Shown here one piece after another: positions 39,759 to 49,673 of a stretch of DNA of 64,000 nt (its first letter is position 1; every line of letters starts with the position of its first letter). A program made the position numbers and the translations under genes. The notes beneath the pieces were generated by a model. It was not told the DNA's origin. It saw only the letters and a list, made by a program, of their open reading frames with translations, and searched no databases. Origin of the DNA: Candidatus Bathyarchaeota archaeon (GTDB lineage Archaea; Thermoproteota; Bathyarchaeia; Bathyarchaeales; Bathycorpusculaceae); NCBI GenBank assembly GCA_963733095.1, contig CAVTBV010000012.1:256001-320000 (forward strand), given 5' to 3'.

Positions 39759-40640
39759 ATGTCTGAGCACACCCGTTTTGGTCCAGCAGGCGTTCCGCCA
39801 ATGTTTAGGTTAATGGGCGCAACCACATCTGACGTCCCCAAGCTCTTGCATGAAGAGGGACTGGATGCTTTTGAATACCAAGCCTCAAGGTGGGGACCAA
39901 AACCACAAATAAACCCCGATGACGCCAGAAAACTGGGTGAAGAAGCCAGAAAAAACGACGTTAAACTCAGCATGCATGGTTCCTATTTTGTTAATTTGTC
40001 CGGCAAGAAAGAGGTTGTGGAAGCAAGCAAACGTCGCTTAATAGCCTGCGCAACCGCCGCGGATTGGATGGGCGCGTACGTCGTGGTTTTCCACACAGGC
40101 TTCTATGGAAAATTCGAAAAAGACTACGCATTCAAAACCTGTCTAACTGCCCTAAAAGAACTTAGAACAGAAATGAAAAGGTTGGACTTAAAGGTGAAGC
40201 TTGGACCAGAAACGATGGGTAGAAAATTCCAAGTCGGCACCCTAGAAGAAATCCTCAAAATAAATCAAGAAGTTGAAGGCACACAACTCGTCATTGATTG
40301 GGGACATCTCCATGCCCTGCACTTGGGAACACTAAAAAAAGTGGAAGATTTCCGGGCAATAGCCGAGAAAGTTGAGCAAGAACTCGGAACTGATGCCCTC
40401 AAAAACATGCATTGTCATTTCTCAAAAATCGAGTTCAGCAGTCAAGGGGAAAAGCGTCACCACACTCTCGACGAAGAAAGGTATGGACCAGAATTCCACA
40501 TGCTAGCCGAGGTGATCGTGGATTTTGGGTTGCATCCGACGATGATTTGTGAGTCACCAATCCTTGATGTTGATGCAAGAAAGATGAAAGCTACACTCAA
40601 CGAGGTTTTGGAAAGCAAGCAACAGAACCCTCAATCATAG
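39759..40640 (+). CDS. nfo: Endonuclease IV (AP endonuclease family 2)
   Basis: FGPAG, HGSYFVNL, FHTG, ETMG, DWGH, HCHFS and ICESP motifs. Confidence 0.85.
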   Translation: MSEHTRFGPAGVPPMFRLMGATTSDVPKLLHEEGLDAFEYQASRWGPKPQINPDDARKLGEEARKNDVKLSMHGSYFVNLSGKKEVVEASKRRLIACATAADWMGAYVVVFHTGFYGKFEKDYAFKTCLTALKELRTEMKRLDLKVKLGPETMGRKFQVGTLEEILKINQEVEGTQLVIDWGHLHALHLGTLKKVEDFRAIAEKVEQELGTDALKNMHCHFSKIEFSSQGEKRHHTLDEERYGPEFHMLAEVIVDFGLHPTMICESPILDVDARKMKATLNEVLESKQQNPQS

Positions 40641-40742
40641 CTGCCAATGGCCTATTTGGATTCTAATAGGGGTCTACGTTGAAACATTTAGAGGAGGTCA
40701 GTATTGACAAAATGGTTCGATTGGCAAATTGAAAGTTGATAT

Positions 40743-41351
40743 TCATTTTTGAGATAACAATCTTTCCGCAAGCTGGAGTTCTGACACCGTGTTTATGTTC
40801 ACGGCCAATTCCTCGTTGTTCATGAGGAATATGTCTTGGTCGAGCCATTCGTCACCATACCGTTTGTGTCCGTCGATAACGTTGATCCCTACTGGAACGA
40901 CGTCTTTGTTGTCGGCTTTGAATGAGTATTCGATACACATACCCAACTTTGCTTTGGTTTCAAGCGGAACCGCAACGGTTAGGGCAGGTTTGCCGCATTG
41001 CTCGTAACGTTCCACGACGGCATCTATCATTTTGCCCGTCACCAAGGGTAAGTCAGCTGCGACCGCTAAGAAAACGCCTAGCTTGAGCGTTTGAACGGCG
41101 TAGCCCATGTCGGAAACATAGTCTTTGCCCGGAGTTTCAAGATATTTGACCCTGAGATGTTTCATGAGTTGGGTTGTATTGGGTGTACAACTGGATGTTG
41201 CAACGATTACTGAATCGATTTTTTTGGCTTGCTTGAGCGCAGCGAGCACGTATTCAATGACGTGTTTGCCGCAAACCTTTATGAGCGGTTTTTCCTCGGC
41301 GATTTTCATGCGAGTTCCTTTGCCGCCAGCCATAACAAGCGCAACTATCAT
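40743..41351 (-). CDS. cobY: GTP:adenosylcobinamide-phosphate guanylyltransferase CobY (copy 1)
   Basis: MAGGKGTRM...EKPL, ADLP, VGINVI and NINT motifs; ATG overlaps the cobS stop. Confidence 0.85.
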   Translation of the reverse strand: MIVALVMAGGKGTRMKIAEEKPLIKVCGKHVIEYVLAALKQAKKIDSVIVATSSCTPNTTQLMKHLRVKYLETPGKDYVSDMGYAVQTLKLGVFLAVAADLPLVTGKMIDAVVERYEQCGKPALTVAVPLETKAKLGMCIEYSFKADNKDVVPVGINVIDGHKRYGDEWLDQDIFLMNNEELAVNINTVSELQLAERLLSQK

Positions 41352-42124
41352 CAAATCACCGCCAACAAAACAATAACACAAACCATCCGCGTCAACTCGT
41401 TAGTAGCACCAAAAACGTCCCCTGTAACTCCGTTGAAGTGCTTGTGGGCAACCCCAACCATAACTAAACCAGTTATTACTGCTGATAGAATGGTAAAGAC
41501 ACCTGCCCAACCCAGCAGTGGAAAAGCAATCAACACTGAAAGCACCAACGCTAAAACCAAACGCATTTTACCTATACTTCCATGCATAGCTTCAAGAAAC
41601 GATGAGTTCATGCCTTGATGGACGGATTTGCCTGCCCAAGCAGCTACCACCATTGACAGCTTTGCACACAACTCAACAACAATTAAAGCGGGAAAAATCA
41701 GGGGAACCGCGAAATTCAAAATAAATATGTGCCTTCCGAGTTCAGCGAAAGCAAACGCCGTAATTAGGTAAGTCATTACGGATAAGCCGATGGCTCCTGC
41801 ACCCGTTAACTGGTCATGCATGACCTCAATTTTATGTTCAGATGATCCATGCACCATGACGCCGTCACCGAAATCCAAAAGCCCGTCTGTATGATGTAGC
41901 CCAGTCATTAACAATAACAGAGCCAAAGCCAAAGCGCCGACCACAAGACCTGGCAAAAACTCAAGAACCACCCAGCTGAACGAACCTGCCAACAAACCGA
42001 GAAAAGCGCCGAGTAATGGGAAAGCCCACATGTTTCGGGCGCAGTCAGTAAGCAGGTCTTTGTCCATAGCAACTGGAAAAACGGTTAAGAAGGATAGGAG
42101 GTTCTTTAGTTCTTTAACAGCCAA
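41351..42124 (-). CDS. cobS: Adenosylcobinamide-GDP ribazoletransferase CobS (copy 1)
   Basis: FLT, TGLHHTDGLLDFGDG, MHD..TGAG and GVTGDVFGA motifs. Confidence 0.92.
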   Translation of the reverse strand: MAVKELKNLLSFLTVFPVAMDKDLLTDCARNMWAFPLLGAFLGLLAGSFSWVVLEFLPGLVVGALALALLLLMTGLHHTDGLLDFGDGVMVHGSSEHKIEVMHDQLTGAGAIGLSVMTYLITAFAFAELGRHIFILNFAVPLIFPALIVVELCAKLSMVVAAWAGKSVHQGMNSSFLEAMHGSIGKMRLVLALVLSVLIAFPLLGWAGVFTILSAVITGLVMVGVAHKHFNGVTGDVFGATNELTRMVCVIVLLAVI

Positions 42125-42131
42125 GCGCGTG

Positions 42132-43220
42132 TCACTTTATGCCCATCAGTAGAGCATAGTTACGCTCTATTTCCTTAAGAAGTATATCCTTGGTGATTGC
42201 GCTGCCTGTCTTGGCCATCGCTGCGATTGATGCACCGCCAGCGCCAACACCTTCCTTGACCAAGCCTGTTTCGTAGATTTGAAGGCCTGGATACTTTGAG
42301 GGACCAAAATCCAAGTCGGCTGCTAAAACTGGCACTTCACAGAACTGTTTTGCGATGCCACAGATGTCTGAGTTCTTGTCTTTTACAACCCACCTTGTGG
42401 TGCCAACAGCTACGTTACAGAGCGATTTGGGAGCCAAAGCGCTAATTATTGCTAAAACCGCGGTCATCTGGGTGCCGCCAGCCATCAGAACAGGTCCCTG
42501 TCTTGCGCCGCCTATGACTAATCCAGCCATCGCCGCCATCATGGGGTCGCCAACACAGGAAACTGCTTTTAGAGGGTTGTTTTTTAGGCTGCCGAATTTT
42601 TCTTTTGCCGCCTTCAAACCTGCCTCAACCACTTCTGCCTTGAGGCTATGGGGGTTTTGGGGCAGGGTGCTGCTGACTTTTCCCTGCGCATCCACACCTA
42701 ACGCTGAGAGAACGCCAAGCGCAGTTGTAGTTCCGCCTGGAATACTCTCGCCGATAACCAAATAATCAGACGCTTTCGCGAGTTGTTCGCCTAAAATCTT
42801 AGCGCGCTCCACGACTTCTTCGACGTTGTCAACTGAGTCGCCGCTTCGGATGTCTCTGCCGGAGCTGCCGCCTAAATCCACATAAGGAATCTGCGGCTTA
42901 ACCTTCACACCTCCATTAACCACCAACACTGGGATGTCACCTAAATGCAACGCCGACATCGTGATTAAGCCAGGTGTCGGAATCCCATCAGGGGTAATTG
43001 GGACACCTGCTATAGATTTGCATTTACCAAGCAAAAGCAGCTCCGCATCTGCAGGAGGCGTAAAATCTGTAAAATCCGGGTTCATCCCGGCGGCAGATAA
43101 ACCGGGGATTTTCGCCGTTTCTGTAGTTGCAATGGTGCAGAGGAATAGGGGTTTTTTGCCTTCGATTTCGTCTAAAAAGGCTTTTGCTTTAAGTTCATTA
43201 TTCGCAATCAGGACATCCAT
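42132..43220 (-). CDS. cobT: Nicotinate-nucleotide:base phosphoribosyltransferase, archaeal CobT
   Basis: IPGLSAAG, GESIPGGTTTA, AGGTQM and KEGVGAGG motifs. Confidence 0.9.
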   Translation of the reverse strand: MDVLIANNELKAKAFLDEIEGKKPLFLCTIATTETAKIPGLSAAGMNPDFTDFTPPADAELLLLGKCKSIAGVPITPDGIPTPGLITMSALHLGDIPVLVVNGGVKVKPQIPYVDLGGSSGRDIRSGDSVDNVEEVVERAKILGEQLAKASDYLVIGESIPGGTTTALGVLSALGVDAQGKVSSTLPQNPHSLKAEVVEAGLKAAKEKFGSLKNNPLKAVSCVGDPMMAAMAGLVIGGARQGPVLMAGGTQMTAVLAIISALAPKSLCNVAVGTTRWVVKDKNSDICGIAKQFCEVPVLAADLDFGPSKYPGLQIYETGLVKEGVGAGGASIAAMAKTGSAITKDILLKEIERNYALLMGIK

Positions 43221-43231
43221 ATAGTTTCCCT

Positions 43232-43903
43232 TTACTTGGGCACAACTTTGAATTCCTTAATCTCTAAGTACCCAAAGCCGCCGTCAAGCTTAAGTCTCTG
43301 TGATTCAACAATTTCAACCTTTTTCTTGAAACCTGGCCCATCAGTTATGACTGTATGATATTCACCGCCTTCTCCGCAAGCATCTACATTGCCAAGTTTT
43401 AGGATATCGTCGTAGAATTGCCTATCGAGTACGCGTCCAAGCCAATCCACGCCAAGCAGTTCCAATTTGGTGCGGACTACAGTGGCTTTGAAGCCTGTTT
43501 TGAGGTAGTCGAGATAGATTTGTTTTGTGTCGCCCATCCACAGTGGCTTGACGGGTGTTAAGCCAACTTCTTTGCAGATGCGTCCAAGCCAACCTTCTTC
43601 ATGCCCAGCGACTTCATAGATGTCGCCAGTAACTAAGCCTTCCGCGCCTCGGGACTTGCACTCATAGAGCACGGCTTTGAAGTCGTTCTCGTAGGTCTGG
43701 GGGGATGTGGGTTTTTTTATCAGGGGAATCCCGATAGCTTCAGCTTGTGCGTCTAGGATGCCTGAGGGTATCATATGGAAGTTTGATTTGGTTTCGCTCA
43801 TCATCATAGTTAACAGGTTGATTACTTGGTGGCCTTGCTGGGTGGCCAGGTAGAATGCGTAGGCGCTGTCTTTGCCCCCACTCCATGAAGCAATAACTTT
43901 CAT
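43232..43903 (-). CDS. DUF71/COG2102 (Dph6-family) PP-loop ATP-binding protein
   Basis: SWSGGKDS, PLW and CGEGGEYHT motifs; first gene of the cob operon. Confidence 0.85.
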   Translation of the reverse strand: MKVIASWSGGKDSAYAFYLATQQGHQVINLLTMMMSETKSNFHMIPSGILDAQAEAIGIPLIKKPTSPQTYENDFKAVLYECKSRGAEGLVTGDIYEVAGHEEGWLGRICKEVGLTPVKPLWMGDTKQIYLDYLKTGFKATVVRTKLELLGVDWLGRVLDRQFYDDILKLGNVDACGEGGEYHTVITDGPGFKKKVEIVESQRLKLDGGFGYLEIKEFKVVPK

Positions 43904-43923
43904 CTTAAATTTTCCTCCTATGT

Positions 43924-43970
43924 ATCTTCACCGTTATCCGTTATTTGGGTTACGGGTTCAGGTGAAAGAT
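43924..43970 (-). promoter_or_regulatory. Stem-loop in the 5' leader of the DUF71-cobT-cobS-cobY operon
   Basis: ATCTTCACC...CCGT / ACGG...GGTGAAAGAT inverted repeat, a few nt upstream of the GGAGG RBS on the minus strand. Confidence 0.35.
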
Positions 43971-44211
43971 GAAACTACATATTTATTGTAAACACACTTG
44001 TATAAATAACTGAGCTTTTACTATGCAAACAGCCACTTAACTTCCTTTTCGATAAAAGTTTGATTGGAATAACCCAAGTTTTATTGATGTTCAGCAAATC
44101 ACCATGCAGAGCATTTGGTAGTCAATGCACCCTTTTCCATGAGAGCAAGTGTAAACCACTCCGCACAACCCTTAAAACAGACTGCGTCTCTAAAAAATGA
44201 GGTTAAAACCC

Positions 44212-44694
44212 ATGACAAACCAAACCTCACCAATGTTAACTTACCTCGAAGGCAAAGGCATCACCCTAAAAAGCCTCATCGACAGCGCCCTCGAAATGTA
44301 TGTTCCCCACCCGGGCGTAGAAAACTTTGAAAAAGCAACACAAATGCTCAAAGAAGAATTCCTCGATATACTCACAGACGTCAACGTTAACACGCTCATT
44401 GTTGCCGCTTTCCATGCTCAGGAAGAAGCTGAGAACGGTCGGATTCCAGGCTTAACGAAGGAGAGGTTTTTGGGCAGACCCGGATTGGTTGCAGATGAAC
44501 TCATCGGCATAGCCATAGCAACATACATCGGAGGTTCCAAGGGTATGTTTGAGTTTGTACGGTTTGATCAAACAAAACCAGGCATCCTAAAGGAGTTGCC
44601 GCCGCTCACTAATGATGCAATCGGCGCGTTGGTAGCGGGTGCATCCTCGAATGTCTATACCAGAGCCCTGAAAAGTGCAGGCCTTCCACCGTAG
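44212..44694 (+). CDS. cobZ: Alpha-ribazole phosphatase CobZ (PgpA-like)
   Basis: ALEMYVPHPG, DVNV, LVADELIG..IATYIGG and FVRFDQTKPGIL motifs. Confidence 0.85.
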   Translation: MTNQTSPMLTYLEGKGITLKSLIDSALEMYVPHPGVENFEKATQMLKEEFLDILTDVNVNTLIVAAFHAQEEAENGRIPGLTKERFLGRPGLVADELIGIAIATYIGGSKGMFEFVRFDQTKPGILKELPPLTNDAIGALVAGASSNVYTRALKSAGLPP

Positions 44695-44805
44695 AGACCA
44701 TTTTTTTCTCTTGACCGTGCAAGTCCCAGTTTCAGCAGCGCTTGCAATGGGTTTACCATAAGATTATAATACTATGTCGATTGAGGAACTACTTGTTGGG
44801 CTTCC

Positions 44806-45963
44806 ATGGTTCAAACTCAGCTCTGCATTGTTACACACACTTTTCTGCCGCATGTAGGCGGGATAGAGAAGGTGGTTAATGAACAAAGCAAGCGGCTGCG
44901 AACAAAAAACTTTGAGCCCACGGTAGTTACTAACAGGATAGGCACTCCCAAAAACTACAAGGTTGACGGGGTACCCGTCGAATGCTATGAATCCCTCAAC
45001 ACTGGCTTTAGGCTGGGAATTCCATATTCGATTCCAACTATTGCAAGTTTTCCAACTTTTATTAAAACAGTAAACAAGAGCAAAATAATCCACGCACACG
45101 GACACCCCTACCTAACCTCGCTCATCGCGGGTAAACTTGCCAAAATTTACGCTAAACCCTTGGTTTTAACCCAGCATAACACCTTCATCGAGTACAACAA
45201 CATGTTTGACACAGTCGAAAACTTGAACGACTTCACCGTTGGAAAACAAAACCTAAAAAACGCCGACAAAATAATCGCCATCAGCAACGCTACAAAAGAG
45301 TATGTTCTAAGGCTAGGTGCAAAACCAAAGAAGATAAGAGTTGTCTACAACGGTGTTGATTTGGTTAGGTTTCGACCCATAGCGGGAAAACGTGAGGAAA
45401 TGCAAAAAAAACTCGGAATCCCCAAAAACGCCATCGTCGTGTTGACTGTGCGACGGTTGGTTTACAAGAACGGTATTGACACATTAATCGACAGTGCGAA
45501 CATTGTGATTAAAAAGAATCGGCGGATTGTGTTTTTGGCTGTTGGGAAAGGTCCTGATTCGGACGATGTCAAGTTGAGGATACAGCAGTTGGGGATTGAC
45601 GGAAACTTCAAGCTCGCAGGCTTTGTCAGTGATGAGGATTTGCCGTTCTACTACAACGCGGCGGACTTGTTTGTGTTGCCTTCTAAGTCGGGTGAAGGGT
45701 TGCCTTTGGTCGCGATGGAAGCCATGGCATGTGGGCTACCGGTTGTCGCTACAGATGTGGGGGGAATACGAGAAGTGTTGATAAATGATTACGGAAAACT
45801 GGTGCCGCCCAACCAGCCAGAGCTGCTTGCAAGGGCAATTTTGGATTTTGCAGCGCTTGATTTTTCTTCACGCAAAAAAGACCTCCGTGCTATGATGGAA
45901 GAAAAGTTTAGTTGGGACACAAATGTTGCGAGACTTGTGGAAATATACGAAGAACTTATTTAA
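44806..45963 (+). CDS. GT4 glycosyltransferase
   Basis: PHVGGIE, YNGVD and EGLPLVAMEAMACG motifs. Confidence 0.9.
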   Translation: MVQTQLCIVTHTFLPHVGGIEKVVNEQSKRLRTKNFEPTVVTNRIGTPKNYKVDGVPVECYESLNTGFRLGIPYSIPTIASFPTFIKTVNKSKIIHAHGHPYLTSLIAGKLAKIYAKPLVLTQHNTFIEYNNMFDTVENLNDFTVGKQNLKNADKIIAISNATKEYVLRLGAKPKKIRVVYNGVDLVRFRPIAGKREEMQKKLGIPKNAIVVLTVRRLVYKNGIDTLIDSANIVIKKNRRIVFLAVGKGPDSDDVKLRIQQLGIDGNFKLAGFVSDEDLPFYYNAADLFVLPSKSGEGLPLVAMEAMACGLPVVATDVGGIREVLINDYGKLVPPNQPELLARAILDFAALDFSSRKKDLRAMMEEKFSWDTNVARLVEIYEELI

Positions 45964-46007
45964 CCATGTAACGGAAACATATTAGCCTTTGAAATGGAAG
46001 TTAACTG

Positions 46008-46742
46008 ATGACGTCAAAAGTTGAAATGGTTTCGGTGGTAATTCCAACACTCAATGAAGCAGGAAACATTCAGGAAGCAATAGAAACCATCCAAAGCGAC
46101 CTTACCTATCCTAAAGAAATCATAGTTGTGGACGGTAATTCTACGGACGGGACCAAAGAAATCGTTCAGTCCCTGGGCTATTGCAGGCTTATCGTGGAGC
46201 CTCGCCGCGGGTACGGTTTAGCTTTGATGACTGGGATGAAGAACGCTAAGGGTAACATCATCATAATGGTGGATGGAGACGGCACATACGAGTTTCGTCA
46301 CATGAATCGCTTAATAGATGCCATGCTTGAAAAAAACGCTGACATGGTTTTAGCCACCCGCATGTACGACCCCAACAAAGCCATGGGACTCATGAACTTT
46401 ATCGGCAACAAAGTAATCACAACCTTCTACGATTTCTTCTTTAGCCAATTCCTCAGCGACACCCAATCAGGTTTCCGAGCTATATCCCATGAAGCCATCA
46501 ACAAGGTGGAACTCAAAGCATACGACATGGCTTACGCAACAGAGATGCTTATCCAATTCGCCAAGGAAGGCTACAGCATGATTGAGGTTCCCACAACCTA
46601 CAAAACCCGTAAGTATGGGAAACCTAAACTGAGAAGATTTAAGTCTGGAATAGAGATATTTAGCACTATGTTTAGAGGATTTCTGGATGCGGATACGTTT
46701 AGAAAGTGCCAGGAGAATTGGAAGCAAAATCGGGTTAAATGA
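46008..46742 (+). CDS. GT2 glycosyltransferase (DPM1-like)
   Basis: VVIPTLNE, VVDGNSTDGT, DGDGT and DTQSGFR motifs. Confidence 0.9.
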   Translation: MTSKVEMVSVVIPTLNEAGNIQEAIETIQSDLTYPKEIIVVDGNSTDGTKEIVQSLGYCRLIVEPRRGYGLALMTGMKNAKGNIIIMVDGDGTYEFRHMNRLIDAMLEKNADMVLATRMYDPNKAMGLMNFIGNKVITTFYDFFFSQFLSDTQSGFRAISHEAINKVELKAYDMAYATEMLIQFAKEGYSMIEVPTTYKTRKYGKPKLRRFKSGIEIFSTMFRGFLDADTFRKCQENWKQNRVK

Positions 46743-47208
46743 AGAAAAAGGCTATGCAGTCGCCATTTTTCTTGCTTTAATCATCGTTTCCGCGACAGTC
46801 TTAGGCTACTATTTTGTGCTAAGGCCACAGGCTGCACCCTACAATACCATCTATCTGTTGGACGCTGACAAAAAAGCTGTGGATTATCCGCAAACTTTAG
46901 TAGCGAACCAAAACAGTACTTTTAGCGTATATGTCGATGTAGAAAACCACATGACTACAACCGCAAGCTATCAAGTGCAAGTAAAAATTGCACAGAACCT
47001 CTCCACTTTCCCAGTGGATAATCAACCCATTCAAATCATAGAAACAGGCAATGTTAACAACAACGGAAAACCAATAGAAAAAACAGCAACTATCACAATA
47101 AACACGCTTGGAAGCTACTCTGTGGTCTTTGAACTCTGGCAACATAAAGACGGCACCCTCGAGTTCACTCAAGACTACTGCGTTCTAAACATTCAAGTGA
47201 TAAGCTAA
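46687..47208 (+). CDS. DUF1616-like membrane-anchored Ig-fold protein
   Basis: TM helix, then YNTIYLL...DYP...VENH...FELW pattern. Confidence 0.65.
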   Translation: MRIRLESARRIGSKIGLNEEKGYAVAIFLALIIVSATVLGYYFVLRPQAAPYNTIYLLDADKKAVDYPQTLVANQNSTFSVYVDVENHMTTTASYQVQVKIAQNLSTFPVDNQPIQIIETGNVNNNGKPIEKTATITINTLGSYSVVFELWQHKDGTLEFTQDYCVLNIQVIS

Positions 47209-47295
47209 TTTTGCTTGCCTAATCTTTAAAACCCTAATAAGGTAGCTGTAGTTTTTTCGGAGATATGGGCATGTTAAGTCTTTTTCATAAAAGAA

Positions 47296-48765
47296 TTAGG
47301 ATGGCTTTTTGTGTCTTTGCGCATAAGCTTTCTCGATGGCTACTCGGTGGACGTTGTTATAGGCGCAGAACGGAATAATCTTGAGGTCTGGCGTAATATA
47401 ATGAACGACGCATCGGCGGACGCGGTTAACGTCGAAATTATAGGAATCCATGAATGCCATGCAACCCAACAAGAAGATTCTTCTTCGGATTTTGCCCAGC
47501 GACTGGTAAGAAGGCGCAAGATGCATACGCATAATTGACTTCATCAGAGTTGGCATGCCAACTTCTTTGGTAACCAGTAACATATCCATTGAAAGCATTG
47601 AAGCCATAAACAGCGATGAGAGAAGAGACATTTTGCCCTTAGATTCAGCTGTTTCGGCGGTTTTGCGGATGCTGTTGAAGAAGCGGTCAAAGTTTACGAA
47701 GCGGTTGATTGGGAACATTTTGCCGCTCTTGGAAACGTACACCCAGTTGACGATTCCGCATTGGGGACTGCAGGAGAAGAGGGGCCAGGGTTTCTGCATA
47801 AACTTACGCATGATTTTAATCGGCGAAGTCATCACGGACATGGGATATAGGTCAGTGGCTTTTACTTCACCGTTTGTTTGTTTTTCCACATCTTCGGCAA
47901 AGCTCCATTCGCGGAAGTTTTCTCGGAATGGGTTCTCGGTTGCTCTGCCCGTGAAGGCGATGGGTTGGAAGATTAAGCCGCGAACGATGTCAGTGTTTTT
48001 GGCGGCGAAATGTATCATGTCGCCGACTTCTGTGTCGTTGAGGCTTTTCATGAGGGTATTGACAAGGATGATTTCCATGTCGTATTTGCGGCAAACATCG
48101 ATTGCTTTGAGTTTCATATCTAAGAGTTCTCGTCCTCTAACTTTGCGGTTGAACTCTTCATGGAAACTGTCGAAGGACAAGTAAACGATGTTTAAGCCGC
48201 TGTCTTTGAGCCTCTTTGCTAAACCTGGTGTGTCAACGAGATGTGTCCCATTGGTTGCCAGAATAGTCATGAACTTTAATTGATGAGCAGCCGCGATGAT
48301 TTCTGGCATGTCCTCGCGTTCAAGGGGTTCGCCGCCCGAGAAAAGAATTGCAGGAGGTTTGGGGTTTGCTTTGGCTGCGAACTCTAGCATTTTTATGAGG
48401 GCTTCTTTGGTGGGTTCATAGTCTGCTTCTTGATTTGGAAAAGTGCTAAAGCAAACGGCACATTTGAAGTTACAGCGCTTAGTTACGTCGATTACGCCGA
48501 TGACTGTGCCAGATGCGTGTTTGTCGCAGGTTTCACATTTGTAGGGGCACCCTTCGGGGTTTTTGGGTGCAGTTAAGTCGCCAAGGTATTGGAACTGGTC
48601 GTACTTTTGCATGTGGTTGTAGATTGGTACGCTTTGCCAGTGGGTAGCATGGAATTCGCCGTGTTCAGGGCACTGCTTGCTTATTTGGATTTTACCGTTG
48701 GACTGGGCTAGTTGGGCGTCGATTTTCTTTTGGCATTCAGGGCAGATGCTTTTGGTTTCGCTCAT
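47296..48765 (-). CDS. tes: Tetraether lipid synthase (Tes/GDGT-MAS) family radical SAM enzyme
   Basis: TKSICPEC...CPEHG metal domain, CPYKCETCDKH, CNFKCAVC, SGGEP, FSCSPQCG and GCMAFMDSYNFD..RVRRCVVHY...IIPFCAYN. Confidence 0.8.
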   Translation of the reverse strand: MSETKSICPECQKKIDAQLAQSNGKIQISKQCPEHGEFHATHWQSVPIYNHMQKYDQFQYLGDLTAPKNPEGCPYKCETCDKHASGTVIGVIDVTKRCNFKCAVCFSTFPNQEADYEPTKEALIKMLEFAAKANPKPPAILFSGGEPLEREDMPEIIAAAHQLKFMTILATNGTHLVDTPGLAKRLKDSGLNIVYLSFDSFHEEFNRKVRGRELLDMKLKAIDVCRKYDMEIILVNTLMKSLNDTEVGDMIHFAAKNTDIVRGLIFQPIAFTGRATENPFRENFREWSFAEDVEKQTNGEVKATDLYPMSVMTSPIKIMRKFMQKPWPLFSCSPQCGIVNWVYVSKSGKMFPINRFVNFDRFFNSIRKTAETAESKGKMSLLSSLFMASMLSMDMLLVTKEVGMPTLMKSIMRMHLAPSYQSLGKIRRRIFLLGCMAFMDSYNFDVNRVRRCVVHYITPDLKIIPFCAYNNVHRVAIEKAYAQRHKKPS

Positions 48766-49673
48766 ATTAACCATCCAAGGACAGCCTCAACGATGAGTGC
48801 AAGCGGCAACAGCATCATTGACATCGTTACCAAGCGTTCATACTTGCGTATATCTGCTATGGTTGAACTTGAAACGAATAACCGTATGGACGAGTAAATT
48901 AGCAGTACGCTCCAGAGTAGAATTAGCGGCAAGTAATAAAGTGTGAAATGCCCGGTGAATAAGGGAAGAGCAGGCAATGGCGCAAGCAATCCTGTGAGAA
49001 AGAAGAATATGCCACCAATTTTCGCTGCGCTAATCGCGCCGATTTTTTGGGGCAGTGTTGGGTAACCGACTTTTGAGTCGCCCTCCATGCTTAAAACGTC
49101 GCGGAGAACGTTGCCTCCTATGGTTCCGAGCGCGATTGGGTAGAGACTCAGGGAAACTAGAGTTATTGTGCCTGAAACGGTTGCTTGACCAAATATGAAA
49201 GCTGTACCAGTCAAGATGCCCATCAACAGGTTAGCTGCAAACCCTGACTTGCGTTTCACCATGTAAGAGTAAACCAAAAGCAGAAAGGAGTCCACAGCGA
49301 TTATGGCAAAACTCAACCAATTTATGAAAGCTGCCAAAAGCAAGCCTGATGCAAAGAGTGCACTGGTAACTGCAATGACTTGCTTCAATGTGAGGGCGCC
49401 TGATGGAATAGGTCGTTTGGGTTTGATGATTGCATCGCTTTCGCGGTCAAAATAATCATTTATGGCAAACCCTGCGGACGCGATTAACGCCATAGAAAAG
49501 AAGGTCAATAACTCCACAATCCCAAAGCCCAGACTGCCTATTGTGGTTTGTATGCTTGAAAAGTTGCCTTTTAGGATGGCGAATGCCGTTAGCACTGCCA
49601 AACCGCCGGTCATTAGCCAGTAGGGAAGCCGCAGCAGAGCAACTAAGGCTCTAGCTGACCTGGCAGAACTCAT
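48762..49673 (-). CDS. UbiA prenyltransferase, DGGGP-synthase-like
   Basis: NDYFDRESD..KPKRPIPSG and EGD..G..TLP motifs; multi-TM; ATGA-coupled to both neighbours. Confidence 0.8.
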   Translation of the reverse strand: MSSARSARALVALLRLPYWLMTGGLAVLTAFAILKGNFSSIQTTIGSLGFGIVELLTFFSMALIASAGFAINDYFDRESDAIIKPKRPIPSGALTLKQVIAVTSALFASGLLLAAFINWLSFAIIAVDSFLLLVYSYMVKRKSGFAANLLMGILTGTAFIFGQATVSGTITLVSLSLYPIALGTIGGNVLRDVLSMEGDSKVGYPTLPQKIGAISAAKIGGIFFFLTGLLAPLPALPLFTGHFTLYYLPLILLWSVLLIYSSIRLFVSSSTIADIRKYERLVTMSMMLLPLALIVEAVLGWLI

